Shown: positions 30,406 through 40,610 of the stretch, one piece after another | Position numbering within the stretch: position 1 is the first letter of the stretch | Layout: each line of letters opens with the position of its first letter | From: Enterobacterales bacterium | Lineage (GTDB): Bacteria; Pseudomonadota; Gammaproteobacteria; Enterobacterales; Succinivibrionaceae | Length of the DNA: 64,000 bases | Assembly: GCA_900768635.1 (NCBI GenBank) | Contig: CAAGDP010000198.1 | Location: 9,565 to 73,564, forward strand | Reading direction: 5' to 3' | Notes under the pieces: generated by a model | What the model was told of the DNA's origin: nothing | Database searches by the model: none | What the model saw: only the letters and a program-made list of their open reading frames with translations | Translations under genes and position numbers: made by a program

Positions 30406-31155
30406 TTATCCTAAATGACTGGAAATGCTTTTTACCGGCAGGTAGTCATCCTTTATACGTTGATCATGGACATAATCATGATTTACCGATACCACCCAGT
30501 CACGATTAAGTTTGTGCTTAAGCAGAGTGACGATTTTGGCATAGCTATAACCATCTTTTGCATTTCCATCCACATGGAATAATCCATACCAGCGCTCATT
30601 TATGCACTTCATAATAGTATCAGCAGTATCACTCAAATAAGTACAGGCCGGTATCCACAAATCAGAACAGGATACTTTTCCGGAAGACTTCTGTTGTTCA
30701 TCCAAATAATGAACCATATTGTTTCCCTGACCATCTTCATCAATCTGCCAACCAAGTCGAAGAATACAACTTTTCAGACTGGCATTGCGTATAGCCTGTT
30801 CGCAACGCAGTTTATACTGGCCATAAGAATCATTACTGTCAGGAATATCTCTAATGGTAAAAGGTCCTTTTCGCCGATCACTGAATACCATAACAGTACT
30901 GGAGAATACAAAAGGTATATCATTAACCTGAGCAAAGTGAGCCATCAAAGACGCCCATCGTTCTGATCCCAGGCCTAAATGAACAATTCCGGAAAGATTC
31001 ATACGAAACAGAAAGAGGTTTGCCTCGGAAATGTTTTCCGGATCAACTACATTTCGAGGCCAGGTGACCACATCCCAACCCTGAGATTTGGCTACTTCAG
31101 CAACTTTCGGCCCTATGGTACCGTGCAGACCGGTTATAAGCAGTCTTTTAACCAT
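30406..31155 (-). CDS. NAD(P)-binding protein, short epimerase/reductase family (RmlD substrate-binding-domain-like)
   Basis: 249 aa; N-terminal Rossmann motif LLITGLHGTIGPKV; sits where slmA is found between dut and pyrE in E. coli-type synteny. Confidence 0.5.
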   Translation of the reverse strand: MVKRLLITGLHGTIGPKVAEVAKSQGWDVVTWPRNVVDPENISEANLFLFRMNLSGIVHLGLGSERWASLMAHFAQVNDIPFVFSSTVMVFSDRRKGPFTIRDIPDSNDSYGQYKLRCEQAIRNASLKSCILRLGWQIDEDGQGNNMVHYLDEQQKSSGKVSCSDLWIPACTYLSDTADTIMKCINERWYGLFHVDGNAKDGYSYAKIVTLLKHKLNRDWVVSVNHDYVHDQRIKDDYLPVKSISSHLG

Positions 31156-31178
31156 AACATTCCCCCTTTCTAAATTCT

Positions 31179-31826
31179 TTATGCCTGCACTCCGTAGCGC
31201 TGACGATAGTCCATTACATCTGCCAGATGATCCTTAAGTTCCGGTTTTTGTTCCAGATAGGAAATAAGATCCGCAAGAGTAATAATAGAAGTAACTTTAG
31301 TATTGTAGTCCCGCTCTATCTCCTGAATTGCGGAAAGATCTCCCCGACCCTTCTCCTGACGATCCAGAGAAATCAGAACTCCGGCCAGACTTGCACCGTT
31401 ACTGCTGATTATGTCCATAGACTCCCGGATGGCTGTACCGGCAGTAATAACATCATCCACCAACATTACTCTTCCACTTAAATTGCTGCCTATCAGATTG
31501 CCACCTTCACCATGGTCCTTGGTTTCCTTGCGATTACATACCCAGGGAACATCTCTTCCATATCTTTCATACAACTGAACAACAGTTGCTGAAGCAATAG
31601 GAATACCCTTATATGCAGGACCGAATACCACATCAAAATCAATACCGGAATTTTCCAATGCGGCAGCGTAAAATCTTCCCAGCATTGCCAGATCAGCACC
31701 GGTATTAAAGAGACCGGCATTAAAAAAATACGGGCTGTTACGTCCTGATTTCAAGGTAAAGTTCCCAAACCTTAAAACATTTTTCTCCAACGCAAACTGG
31801 ATAAATTCTTTCTGATAATCTTTCAT
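31179..31826 (-). CDS. pyrE: Orotate phosphoribosyltransferase
   Basis: 215 aa; [43 protein letters not shown]... PRPP-binding [17 protein letters not shown]. Confidence 0.9.
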   Translation of the reverse strand: MKDYQKEFIQFALEKNVLRFGNFTLKSGRNSPYFFNAGLFNTGADLAMLGRFYAAALENSGIDFDVVFGPAYKGIPIASATVVQLYERYGRDVPWVCNRKETKDHGEGGNLIGSNLSGRVMLVDDVITAGTAIRESMDIISSNGASLAGVLISLDRQEKGRGDLSAIQEIERDYNTKVTSIITLADLISYLEQKPELKDHLADVMDYRQRYGVQA

Positions 31827-32099
31827 GTCATTACCTTTCTACAGGACAACTTCATTATGAAGCAATAATCCTCAGTCTTTTATAATCATACTAAACCAAA
31901 ACAGCGTCCGTACTCTATTTGATCACAAGTTTGGAAGCTCTCATGAAAAAAGAAGCAAATGATCAGAATATGAGATGTAAACTCAGTAGCAAAACCTTTT
32001 TTCATAATCTGATACAATACGCTCATCAGCAACAGCTGTGCTAAAGTCTGTGTATTATAACAAATAACCAAAAACCAAGATCTGCATCAGGAAATTATT

Positions 32100-32975
32100 A
32101 TGATAAACAGTATGACAGGTTATGCATACCTGGAAACTAAAACAACATGGGGAACATTCACCTGGAATATTAAATCCGTTAACCATCGTTATCTGGACAT
32201 ATCCCTTAAACTCCCGGATAACCTTAACAGCATCGAAAGTGAACTTCGCGAAAGTCTGAGAAATAATCTTGAACGTGGTAAAGTAGAATGTACATTAACC
32301 TTTAATGCAGCAACAAATGAAACCGACGTAGCCATGAATGAAGAACTAGCTGAACAACTGGTAAAGTGTGCCCGGAAAATCAGCTCCTTCGCCGGTGACA
32401 GTGATATAAAAAACATCTCCTTCAATCCGGTGGATATTCTCCTGTGTCCCGGTGTCCTTAATACAAGAAGTGGAGATCCTGATGCAATCCAGTCGGCGGC
32501 AATAGACAGTTTCAATCAGGCAATAACCCAACTCAAAACATCCAGAGCCAGGGAAGGTGAAAAACTGCTGGGTATTCTTCAGGACAAACTTAACAAGGTC
32601 AGCAAAGAAGTTGAAAAGGTTAAGGCATCCCTTCCGGATGTTCTGAACTGGCAAAAAGAAAAGCTACTGAGTGCATTTAATAATCTCAAAATTGAACTTG
32701 ATCCAGACCGTCTGGAACAGGAGATGATCATCATAGCCCAGCGTCTGGATGTGGCCGAAGAGCTGGATCGCCTTGCTCTACATGTCAGCGAAACATATAA
32801 CATTCTCAAAAAAGGAGGAACCTGTGGTCGCAGACTGGACTTTATGATGCAGGAATTCAATCGGGAATCCAATACTCTGGCATCCAAATCCATAAACACT
32901 GACATTACCAATTCAGCAATCGAACTGAAGGTTCTTATTGAACAAATGAGAGAGCAAATTCAGAATATAGAATAA
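32100..32975 (+). CDS. yicC: YicC-family stress-induced protein
   Basis: MINSMTGYAYLETKTTWGTFTWNIKSVNHRYLDISLKLP...ERGKVECTLTF closely parallels E. coli YicC N-terminus; 291 aa. Confidence 0.85.
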   Translation: MINSMTGYAYLETKTTWGTFTWNIKSVNHRYLDISLKLPDNLNSIESELRESLRNNLERGKVECTLTFNAATNETDVAMNEELAEQLVKCARKISSFAGDSDIKNISFNPVDILLCPGVLNTRSGDPDAIQSAAIDSFNQAITQLKTSRAREGEKLLGILQDKLNKVSKEVEKVKASLPDVLNWQKEKLLSAFNNLKIELDPDRLEQEMIIIAQRLDVAEELDRLALHVSETYNILKKGGTCGRRLDFMMQEFNRESNTLASKSINTDITNSAIELKVLIEQMREQIQNIE

Positions 32976-32990
32976 AATCCAGGAGATTAT

Positions 32991-33623
32991 ATGGCTTATG
33001 CAGCAAACCTTTTTATTATTTCCTCTCCAAGCGGAGCTGGAAAATCCACATTGCTGAACAGATTATTCAGGGATATTTCCCATGAACATCCTATGGCTTT
33101 TTCCATATCTCACACCACCAGAGGCATGCGTCCGGGAGAAACAAACGGCCGGGAATATCACTTCGTTTCAAAAGAAGAATTTCAAGCCATGATCGAACGT
33201 AATGCCTTTTTTGAATGGGCTGAAGTTTTTGGAAATTTCTACGGTACATCCAAAGAGAATATTGAACAATCCCTATCTCAGGGTATTGATATATTTCTGG
33301 ATATTGACTGGCAGGGTGCCAGACAAATAAAAAGTCAGTTTCCGGAAGCTCGTTCTATCTTCATACTTCCTCCAAGTATGACCATTCTGCGGGAACGGCT
33401 GACCGGCAGAAATCAGGACAGTGCGGAAGTTATTGAAAACCGTATGAAAAAAGCCCGCAACGAAATCATCCATTATGATGAATATGACTATGTGATAGTT
33501 AATGACAATCTGGATGAAGCCTATGAACAACTAAAAGCGGTTATTATTGCTGAACAATGCAAGATCAGCAATCAGAAGGTTCGTCTTCAAGACCTTCTGA
33601 CCAGTCTTACCGCAGAAGAATAG
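32991..33623 (+). CDS. gmk: Guanylate kinase
   Basis: P-loop SSPSGAGKSTL, ...SHTTRGMRPGETNGREYHFVS...; 210 aa. Confidence 0.9.
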   Translation: MAYAANLFIISSPSGAGKSTLLNRLFRDISHEHPMAFSISHTTRGMRPGETNGREYHFVSKEEFQAMIERNAFFEWAEVFGNFYGTSKENIEQSLSQGIDIFLDIDWQGARQIKSQFPEARSIFILPPSMTILRERLTGRNQDSAEVIENRMKKARNEIIHYDEYDYVIVNDNLDEAYEQLKAVIIAEQCKISNQKVRLQDLLTSLTAEE

Positions 33624-33628
33624 AGTCA

Positions 33629-35140
33629 CTATTCCTGCCGTTCCTCGGCAACAGTTGGCCAGCCGGTCTGGGTTTGCATTCTTACTTCGGTTAATAATTC
33701 GGACCCGCGAAGATAATGACTGGCCAGCCATCCTTTTGGCAAAAGGATTTTAAGAACGCCTTTTTCCAACCTGAATTCGAAATTCGGTACCGTACCTTCT
33801 GTTCTTCTGATACACAGAATAATGGCTATGCGCAAAATTCGGGCCATAAAACAGGCTGCCTCATAGGAAACAGCATGCTGACGATGTAAGGCATCCAGCT
33901 TAAAATCATCCCGCTGATTAAACAATAATCCGGAAAGCAACAGCTTCTGTGGAACTGTAAAGCCCGGCATATCAATATTTTCCACTATATAGGATGCATG
34001 CTGGGGAGCTTTCTTATATTCAATGCATAATCCAAGCTCATACAGTAAAGATGCGGAGATCAGAATTGATCTGCATAAATCATCCAGTTTCCATTCATCT
34101 TTCATACCATCAAAAATGTGCAGACATACATCTTTTACTCTTTCTCCCTGACTTCGATCCAGCTGATAACGGTAAATCATACTCTCTACGGTTCGCACTC
34201 TGGCATCCCCAAACCACTGTTCATCACTGTGACCGGTAGAGACAATCATTCCATAAACCAGACCTTCACGAAGAGCTCCGCCGGCGAGAAGCAGTTCCTT
34301 GATACCAAATACTTCAAAAAGAGCTATCAGAATTGCCAGTCCTGACGGGAAGACCTTCTTGCGTTCCGGAAGCAAACCCACAATATCCAAATCATCAATA
34401 TAGCAACACTTGATAACCAGATCCCGTAATTGATACATTTTATCCAGAGTTACCCGTTCTGAACCTCCCTGGGAAATAAGGATTTCCTGGAGAGCCTGTA
34501 CCGTGCCGGACGCTCCCACGCACAAATCCCAGCCAATGGCCAGATAATCATCCACAACCTCTCTGAATATATCTGAAGCAGATTGAACTGCTTCATTAAA
34601 AGAGTCGGCTGTTACCGTCCCTTCAGAAAAAAACCTGTTATACCAGGTAACGCATCCTAACTGTAAACTGTTGAGAAGTTCGGCATTGTTACCATGCCCT
34701 AGAATAATCTCTGTGCTGGCCCCGCCAATATCAATAACCAGACGGCTGCCACTGCCGCTGGTAGTACAGGACACACCCTGATAAATGGTCCGAGCTTCTT
34801 CCAATCCGGATATAACTTCAACCTTATGACCAAGTATTTCCTCTGCTACACGCACAAAAACATCCGCATTTTTGGCAATACGTAATGTTGCTGTACCGAC
34901 AATCCGGATATTTTCTGAGGGAACGTCCTGTAATTGTTCTGAAAACAGTCTGAGACAATCCCAACCACGTTCCATAGCCTCACGGCTTAAGAGGTTATTT
35001 TCATCCAGACCTGAAGCAAGACGTACTTTACGCTTAACCTTGGAAACAATACGGATTGCGCCATGTACCTGTCTTACAACCAACATATGAAAGCTGTTAG
35101 ATCCCAGATCTATTGCTCCGTACAAAGGCGACTGTGGCAT
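33629..35140 (-). CDS. Exopolyphosphatase / guanosine-5'-triphosphate,3'-diphosphate pyrophosphatase (Ppx/GppA family)
   Basis: 503 aa; N-terminal ASKHA fold YGAIDLGSNSFHMLVV...IVGTATLR...VIDIGGASTE; C-terminal HD-like domain. Confidence 0.85.
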   Translation of the reverse strand: MPQSPLYGAIDLGSNSFHMLVVRQVHGAIRIVSKVKRKVRLASGLDENNLLSREAMERGWDCLRLFSEQLQDVPSENIRIVGTATLRIAKNADVFVRVAEEILGHKVEVISGLEEARTIYQGVSCTTSGSGSRLVIDIGGASTEIILGHGNNAELLNSLQLGCVTWYNRFFSEGTVTADSFNEAVQSASDIFREVVDDYLAIGWDLCVGASGTVQALQEILISQGGSERVTLDKMYQLRDLVIKCCYIDDLDIVGLLPERKKVFPSGLAILIALFEVFGIKELLLAGGALREGLVYGMIVSTGHSDEQWFGDARVRTVESMIYRYQLDRSQGERVKDVCLHIFDGMKDEWKLDDLCRSILISASLLYELGLCIEYKKAPQHASYIVENIDMPGFTVPQKLLLSGLLFNQRDDFKLDALHRQHAVSYEAACFMARILRIAIILCIRRTEGTVPNFEFRLEKGVLKILLPKGWLASHYLRGSELLTEVRMQTQTGWPTVAEERQE

Positions 35141-35683
35141 ACCAACTCCTAACTAATCAGGCTATTTATTGCATTAACAACACTAAACTGCAGCAAAACA
35201 TTGCCCTAACGTATAAATATATAATATAGACCCTCTTTTGTTTCAACGAAAAAATATATATTTTGTAAGGAGAATACCAACAATTGTTCCAGCTGACTTT
35301 TCCCTGGCTATATTTATGTTCTGAACATCAAATATAACCTGTTTATCTTATTAGCAGATCGATAAATGTTTATTCCCTTATCCTAGCAACCAACGGGATA
35401 TTAAAAATTCTGATTATCAAGCTCCAGTTACAACTTTGTTTTATTATCAATGCAATAACTATCAGCTCATAACTGACAATAAGGCAGATCTGCTGACTCA
35501 GGCAAGTTTCTGCACACTATTTCTTCAAATTGAGAAGGGGGGTACAAAGGGTAACAGTATAGAAAGAGGAATATCCGGTTTTATACGCAGGTTTTATTGA
35601 AGACTTTATCTGTTAATCATATAATCAAAATGACATAACAATTCTGTAGGTAGTGTATTAACAGATTATCAAAGGTGGACCTT

Positions 35684-36007
35684 ATGGCTAATTTTATTGA
35701 AGTGACCGATGCAAATTTCGAAGAAAGTGTTATCAATTCGGATAAGCCAGTACTCGTAGACTTATGGGCTCCCTGGTGTGGTCCTTGTCGTTCCTTAGGT
35801 GCGGTTTTAGAGGAAGTTGCAGCTGAATGTGATAAGGTTAAATTCTGCAAAATGAATGTGGATCAGAATGAAGATATTCCTGCCAGATTACGGGTAACAA
35901 GCATTCCTCTGCTGGTATTGTTCAAAGACGGTGAAATTGCAGCCAAAAGTGTTGGACTTATCTCCAAAACTGAAGTTCTCAACCTGATCAATACCCATGT
36001 TGAGTAA
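35684..36007 (+). CDS. trxA: Thioredoxin
   Basis: VLVDLWAPWCGPCRSL (WCGPC active site), 107 aa from MANF start with AGGTGG SD. Confidence 0.9.
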   Translation: MANFIEVTDANFEESVINSDKPVLVDLWAPWCGPCRSLGAVLEEVAAECDKVKFCKMNVDQNEDIPARLRVTSIPLLVLFKDGEIAAKSVGLISKTEVLNLINTHVE

Positions 36008-36040
36008 AATATCCCGGTAAAATACTGTAAACAAATAGAA

Positions 36041-36088
36041 AACAGGAGAAAGGGCTCTTGCACTTTCTGTTACTTGTTTATTTTTTTT
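36041..36088 (+). terminator. Probable rho-independent terminator after trxA
   Basis: Imperfect hairpin aacag-gagaaag...ctttct-ctgtt followed by ACTTGTTTATTTTTTTT. Confidence 0.35.
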
Positions 36089-36235
36089 ACAAAAACTGTA
36101 TAATTTAACGATCGCAGGTTAGTCTTTCACGCTTACAGGGCTGTCAGGGTATCCTGGACCCAAACAAATAAAGAATTTTCACTGAAAGCCTCTCCATAAG
36201 GCTTTCTCGCACAAGAATTATTATTGGAGTATCGA

Positions 36236-36592
36236 ATGGCTCGCATTACAGTTGAAGACGCAGTTCAAAAGGTAGGTAATCGATTTGATTTGGTTCTACT
36301 GGCCGCTAGAAGAGCAAGACAGATTGCTGTAGGTGGCAAAAAGCCTCTGGTAGATGAAGAAAACGATAAGCCAACTGTTATTGCTCTTCGCGAAATTGAA
36401 GAAGATCTGATTTCCAAGGAAACATTAGACCGTCTTGATCAGCAATCTCAGGATCTTAATACTTCACAGGTCTCTGTGGATATGGGATTAAATTCTCCAT
36501 CACCATTTGATGGTCCTTCTGAAGAAGCTGATTCCAAGATAGAAAAAGAAGTAATTGACAGCGATACCGTTGTTGTATCAGTTGCAGAATAA
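36236..36592 (+). CDS. rpoZ: DNA-directed RNA polymerase subunit omega, with extended acidic C-terminal tail
   Basis: [59 protein letters not shown] nearly identical to E. coli RpoZ N-terminus. Confidence 0.85.
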   Translation: MARITVEDAVQKVGNRFDLVLLAARRARQIAVGGKKPLVDEENDKPTVIALREIEEDLISKETLDRLDQQSQDLNTSQVSVDMGLNSPSPFDGPSEEADSKIEKEVIDSDTVVVSVAE

Positions 36593-36614
36593 AAATCATC
36601 CTAATAATCGGGTA

Positions 36615-36635
36615 GGGTGAGTTCTTCACTCACCC
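36615..36635 (+). other. GC-rich stem-loop immediately after rpoZ (no T-tract)
   Basis: gggtgagt-tcttc-actcaccc perfect 8-bp stem; not followed by a U-run, so not a canonical intrinsic terminator. Confidence 0.3.
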
Positions 36636-37105
36636 CTCCCCAGCCACCGTACATGCGGTACCGCAAATGGCGATTCAATACAGCTGTTACGGAATTATCC
36701 CTTGTCGATAATTCCTTCGAAATACGGCTTCTTACAGAATTTATCCTCACCAAGGAGTGGCTGTTCCCTTTACCGTTATCTGAAACACAGTTGATAGCTT
36801 CTCAGCTTCATATAACCGATCCCATGGTCAATCAGATCCCTTATGTGACGACGACAGATTTCCTGTACAGAAAATCCGGTTCTATCTAAATTTTTGTTGA
36901 TAAGAGCGAGATAGCATCCAAATGCATGAAGCATAATAAAGGATTCCTATAATAAATTGTAATTAGTATGAGTTTTAATTATCCGCCCTCACTTTACCGG
37001 AGAAAACAACATGCTGTCAGAGTTTGATGGCGAGATTTTCAAAAGGTTTGTAACAGAACAATCTACTTTAAATTCGAAATGTAAAATTTACCGGAAGGTG
37101 TCTTT

Positions 37106-37768
37106 TTATTCTGATTTCCGAAGGACATTCAAAAAGCCCTGATAAAACCCATGACGGGTTTTTTTATCAATTTCAGCAAACTCTGTCTGCAAACTAAAAG
37201 CAATATGATCGCTGGATAAAGCGTCCTTGCCCAAAACTGCAACCCAGCGAGGATCATAATTACGTTCAGCTATTTCATCATATTCAATCACTCTCTTCAT
37301 TATCTGCTTAAGCTCCGGTACATGACTCCCAGCATAAGCTCTGATCTTACGACCATAAAATCCATTCAGCTTGGTAAGTCCTTCCCTTACCGTAGGATCC
37401 AGTGATTTGTTAGCATCGGAACGTGCCCGAAGCTGGGCGGTATAATGCCAGAAGGTTGCGGCAAAGGTTTCATTTCTCATCATCAGATAATCTGCCAATG
37501 CATACAAAACCGGCGGGGTAAAATCATTTGGGTGGGAAAGCACTGTGTTAACTGTTTCAGTATTGCCTTCCTTAATGGATCCGACAATAATTTCGGTTTG
37601 AGCGGTTCCAAGTGTAGCAAATTCACCATGATACATTCCCTGAGAGGAACGTTGCTGCTCATTATTCTCCGGAGTTGGAGCTCCAATTCGATCTGTTACC
37701 TTTTCAACAACACACCCGGTCAAACTCAGTAAACACAACAGCGCCAAAAGAAGCTTAATCATTGACAT
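37106..37768 (-). CDS. Lipoprotein of unknown function (second gene of two-gene cassette)
   Basis: Lipobox LSLTGC; 220 aa; start overlaps upstream gene by 14 nt (translational coupling). Confidence 0.5.
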   Translation of the reverse strand: MSMIKLLLALLCLLSLTGCVVEKVTDRIGAPTPENNEQQRSSQGMYHGEFATLGTAQTEIIVGSIKEGNTETVNTVLSHPNDFTPPVLYALADYLMMRNETFAATFWHYTAQLRARSDANKSLDPTVREGLTKLNGFYGRKIRAYAGSHVPELKQIMKRVIEYDEIAERNYDPRWVAVLGKDALSSDHIAFSLQTEFAEIDKKTRHGFYQGFLNVLRKSE

Positions 37769-38456
37769 TGTATTTAAGTTTCAACTCCACTCCGCCATCT
37801 ACAACTAACGCCTGTAAAACGTGCACCAGCTCGGATGGACGCTTATCCAAAATCTCATAGCGGTTAACAGGAACATTCTTCAAAAAATCCCGGAAATCAA
37901 TGGTAAGAATATCAGAAGCATAGATCAGCTTGATACCATTGCGACAGGTCATATTAAGATTCTTTTCCAGAAGGCTGTTTACCATATTCATGGCCAGAGA
38001 TGAGAATAATTTACTAAGTCCGCCGTTTAGAGCTCTTTTCTCATTAATGCACAGAACAAGATTTGATTTATGTGCATCGTTGATACATTCAACAATTTCG
38101 CCTTTGATAAGAAAGCGCCCCATGCGATGCTCAATCATGCAATCCATAGAGCCATTACCATAACAATTTATATCTGCAGTCTTAATTGTAGAGGATCTAG
38201 CAAGTATCACACCTAGCAAATTGTTAAGAAAAGCTTCGGAGATAAAAAGTCTTCCTTCCTTCAGTTCCGATAGGGCGTTGGTTGTCCATAAATTGTAGAG
38301 AGGTAAAATAAGAGATTTAAATTCTTCGGAAACTATTGCTGGGTTTTCCCGATTAGCTAACAGAAAATCGGCGACCGAATTGATGAAGCATTCAGTCTCA
38401 TCACGCTTTTGAGCATAGAGGTTTTTGCAAAAACCAATTAAATACTTATAATCCAT
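37755..38456 (-). CDS. Hypothetical cytoplasmic protein (first gene of two-gene cassette)
   Basis: 233-aa ORF, no signal peptide/TM, predicted largely alpha-helical; no family recognised. Confidence 0.5.
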   Translation of the reverse strand: MDYKYLIGFCKNLYAQKRDETECFINSVADFLLANRENPAIVSEEFKSLILPLYNLWTTNALSELKEGRLFISEAFLNNLLGVILARSSTIKTADINCYGNGSMDCMIEHRMGRFLIKGEIVECINDAHKSNLVLCINEKRALNGGLSKLFSSLAMNMVNSLLEKNLNMTCRNGIKLIYASDILTIDFRDFLKNVPVNRYEILDKRPSELVHVLQALVVDGGVELKLKYNVND

Positions 38457-38827
38457 AGAAACAGCTCAACGAACAAACAGAAAAACCCTGAAATAAGAAA
38501 GGATCTGAAACGGGTATTATAACTTAGACTAATTTTATTTAAAAATCAATAAAAATGAATTTATACAGCTCGCAAAATCAGGAGAAAATCCTTGAAAACA
38601 GCCTGTTTTCCCTAAATTATCTTAAGTTTTCAGAGAGTCAGAAATTTAAATCCCTCTTGAAAACAACATGTAATCTACCCCAGGAAACCTGAGAATGAAA
38701 AGCAGGTATGAATTTCCGTACATACAGCATGCTCAACATCCTACGTCAATCCTGCAGTCGCATGTAAGAGCTCTTTTTCCTTGCCAGAAACCTGCAACAT
38801 CCTTGAGAATGCCCTGTCCATATATGT

Positions 38828-38857
38828 TTGACAAATGTCAAAATTGAATTACATAAT
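38828..38857 (+). promoter_or_regulatory. Sigma-70-like promoter upstream of nitroreductase gene, -35 embedded in palindrome TTGACAAATGTCAA
   Basis: TTGACA (38828-38833) - 18 nt - CATAAT (38852-38857); the -35 is part of a perfect 14-bp palindrome that could be an operator. Confidence 0.4.
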
Positions 38858-38985
38858 ATAACAGAATTTCTTAAAAGGACGGTATATGTAAGATTTATGC
38901 AGATGTATAACCTGACAACCGGGATAATTCTGTCTAAACAGACTTATGTATACCCACTCCAAATATTGATTCAGAGGAATTTATA

Positions 38986-39498
38986 ATGGAATTCACAGAA
39001 GTAATTACCCAACGATATTCTTGCAAAAACTTCAGTTCCCGCCCTGTAGGCCAGGAACAACTGAATGCTATTCTGGAGGCAGGACGCGTAGCTCCCACAG
39101 CTAAAAATCTCCAGGAACAACATATTTATGTTATATCAGATCCTGAGAAATTAAAAATAATCGACGATGTATGTCCCTGCCGTTATAAAGCACCCCTTGT
39201 TCTGGTAGTAGCTTATAACACTGAGCATGTTTTCACCTATCCCGGCGGACAACGGGATTCCGGGCTCGAAGATACCAGCATCGTGGCAACTCATATGATG
39301 CTGGCAGCATGTAACGCCGGCGTAGACAGTTGCTGGATAAATTTTTTCGATCCGGAAAAGCTGAAAGCAGCACTGAATCTTCCTCAGAATGAGGAAATTC
39401 TTATGATGTTGGATTTGGGATATGCCGCTGAAGGTTTTAAACCCCTTTCCAAACATTTTTCAAGAAAGGATTTAACCGAAACTGTTACCTATCTCTGA
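38986..39498 (+). CDS. Nitroreductase-family flavoprotein (NAD(P)H-dependent oxidoreductase)
   Basis: 170 aa; ...VITQRYSCKNFSSRPV...AGRVAPTAKNLQEQHIYVISDP...SCWIN... nitroreductase fold motifs. Confidence 0.7.
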   Translation: MEFTEVITQRYSCKNFSSRPVGQEQLNAILEAGRVAPTAKNLQEQHIYVISDPEKLKIIDDVCPCRYKAPLVLVVAYNTEHVFTYPGGQRDSGLEDTSIVATHMMLAACNAGVDSCWINFFDPEKLKAALNLPQNEEILMMLDLGYAAEGFKPLSKHFSRKDLTETVTYL

Positions 39499-39583
39499 GT
39501 ATTTTTTAATCAGAAGAACATAATCTGTAGCAGAATCAGGTACCCGGCTACGGGTATAATTAAAATAATGAGGCTTTTTTTCA

Positions 39584-40576
39584 ATGTGCAAAATACTGTT
39601 AATGTGCGGTGGAGACGGCTCTGAACACAGCATTTCCCTTACCAGCGCTCAATTTATAGAATCTCAGCTTGGTTTATTGCCGGATGTTTCCGTAAACAAG
39701 GTGATCCTTCACAAATCCTCTTGGGAAACTGCTGATGGCAGAATGTGTTTTCTGGACAATAAACACCGGCTGGTATTTGAAAACGGGGAATTTGAAACCA
39801 TAGATTACGCCATCCCCTGCATTCATGGCTTCCCAGGAGAAACCGGTGATATCCAGTCTTATCTGGAACTAATCAACCTGCCATATATGGGCTGTCCGTC
39901 TGAAGGTTCCAAGCTCTGCTTTAACAAAATTTCCACAAAGTTATGGTTAAGCAGTCTTGAAATACCTAATACTCCATATGTATTTCTTACCGAAAATACT
40001 GCAGCCGATCAGGCCAAGGCTTTTCAGGCAATGCGCAAGTGGAATGCAGTATTTGTTAAAGCCGCCAGTCAAGGTTCTTCTGTGGGATGCTACAAAGTAG
40101 ATGATCTCTCCAAACTATCCGCAACCATTAGTCAGGCTTTCACTTATTCAAATCAGGTTCTGGTAGAAAAGGCGGAGGAACCCCGGGAGCTGGAAGTAGC
40201 TGTTTATGAATACGATGGAAAAATTATTGCTACCAATCCCGGTGAAATCCTTACCTCTTCCAATCAGTTCTATACCTATGAAGAGAAGTACAGTTCCAGC
40301 AGTAAAACCAGTACGGTAGTAGAAGCAGAAAACCTGACAGATGAACAAAAAGAACTAATCCGCTCCTATGCCATTAAGGCTTTTACCCATCTGAAGCTTA
40401 AGGATCTGTCCCGGGTAGACTTTTTCCTTACCAGAGATAATCAAATTCTGCTTAACGAAATTAATACCTTCCCTGGTATGACGCCTATTTCCATGTTCCC
40501 TAAAATGCTGGAACATCATGGTGAAAAATTCCCGGAATTTTTGCGTCAGTGCATAGAACGGGGTCTTAAGAAGTAA
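39584..40576 (+). CDS. ddl: D-alanine--D-alanine ligase
   Basis: 330 aa; N-terminus KILLMCGGDGSEHSISLTSA, ...IPCIHGFPGETGDIQSYLELINLPYMGC..., ATP-grasp C-terminus ...VDFFLTRDNQILLNEINTFPGMT. Confidence 0.8.
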   Translation: MCKILLMCGGDGSEHSISLTSAQFIESQLGLLPDVSVNKVILHKSSWETADGRMCFLDNKHRLVFENGEFETIDYAIPCIHGFPGETGDIQSYLELINLPYMGCPSEGSKLCFNKISTKLWLSSLEIPNTPYVFLTENTAADQAKAFQAMRKWNAVFVKAASQGSSVGCYKVDDLSKLSATISQAFTYSNQVLVEKAEEPRELEVAVYEYDGKIIATNPGEILTSSNQFYTYEEKYSSSSKTSTVVEAENLTDEQKELIRSYAIKAFTHLKLKDLSRVDFFLTRDNQILLNEINTFPGMTPISMFPKMLEHHGEKFPEFLRQCIERGLKK

Positions 40577-40610
40577 CGTTCCGGATGAACGGAAAGTCAG
40601 TCAGAATCAA

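Noticed and set aside
31886-32071. 61-aa ORF upstream of pyrE as a possible attenuation leader peptide (analogous to rph-pyrE coupling)
   Set aside because: No GC-rich terminator hairpin with U-tract between it and pyrE. It has a hydrophobic odd composition and sits in the divergent yicC/pyrE promoter region.
36617-36889. 90-aa ORF directly after rpoZ (where spoT would begin in E. coli-like synteny)
   Set aside because: No similarity to the SpoT/RelA N-terminus, no convincing SD, and it begins inside the rpoZ-distal GC-rich stem-loop. Most likely non-coding.
38910-38925. CTGT-N4-ACAG inverted repeat upstream of the nitroreductase gene as a possible LexA box
   Set aside because: Spacer is 4 nt rather than 8, so it does not fit the gammaproteobacterial SOS-box consensus.
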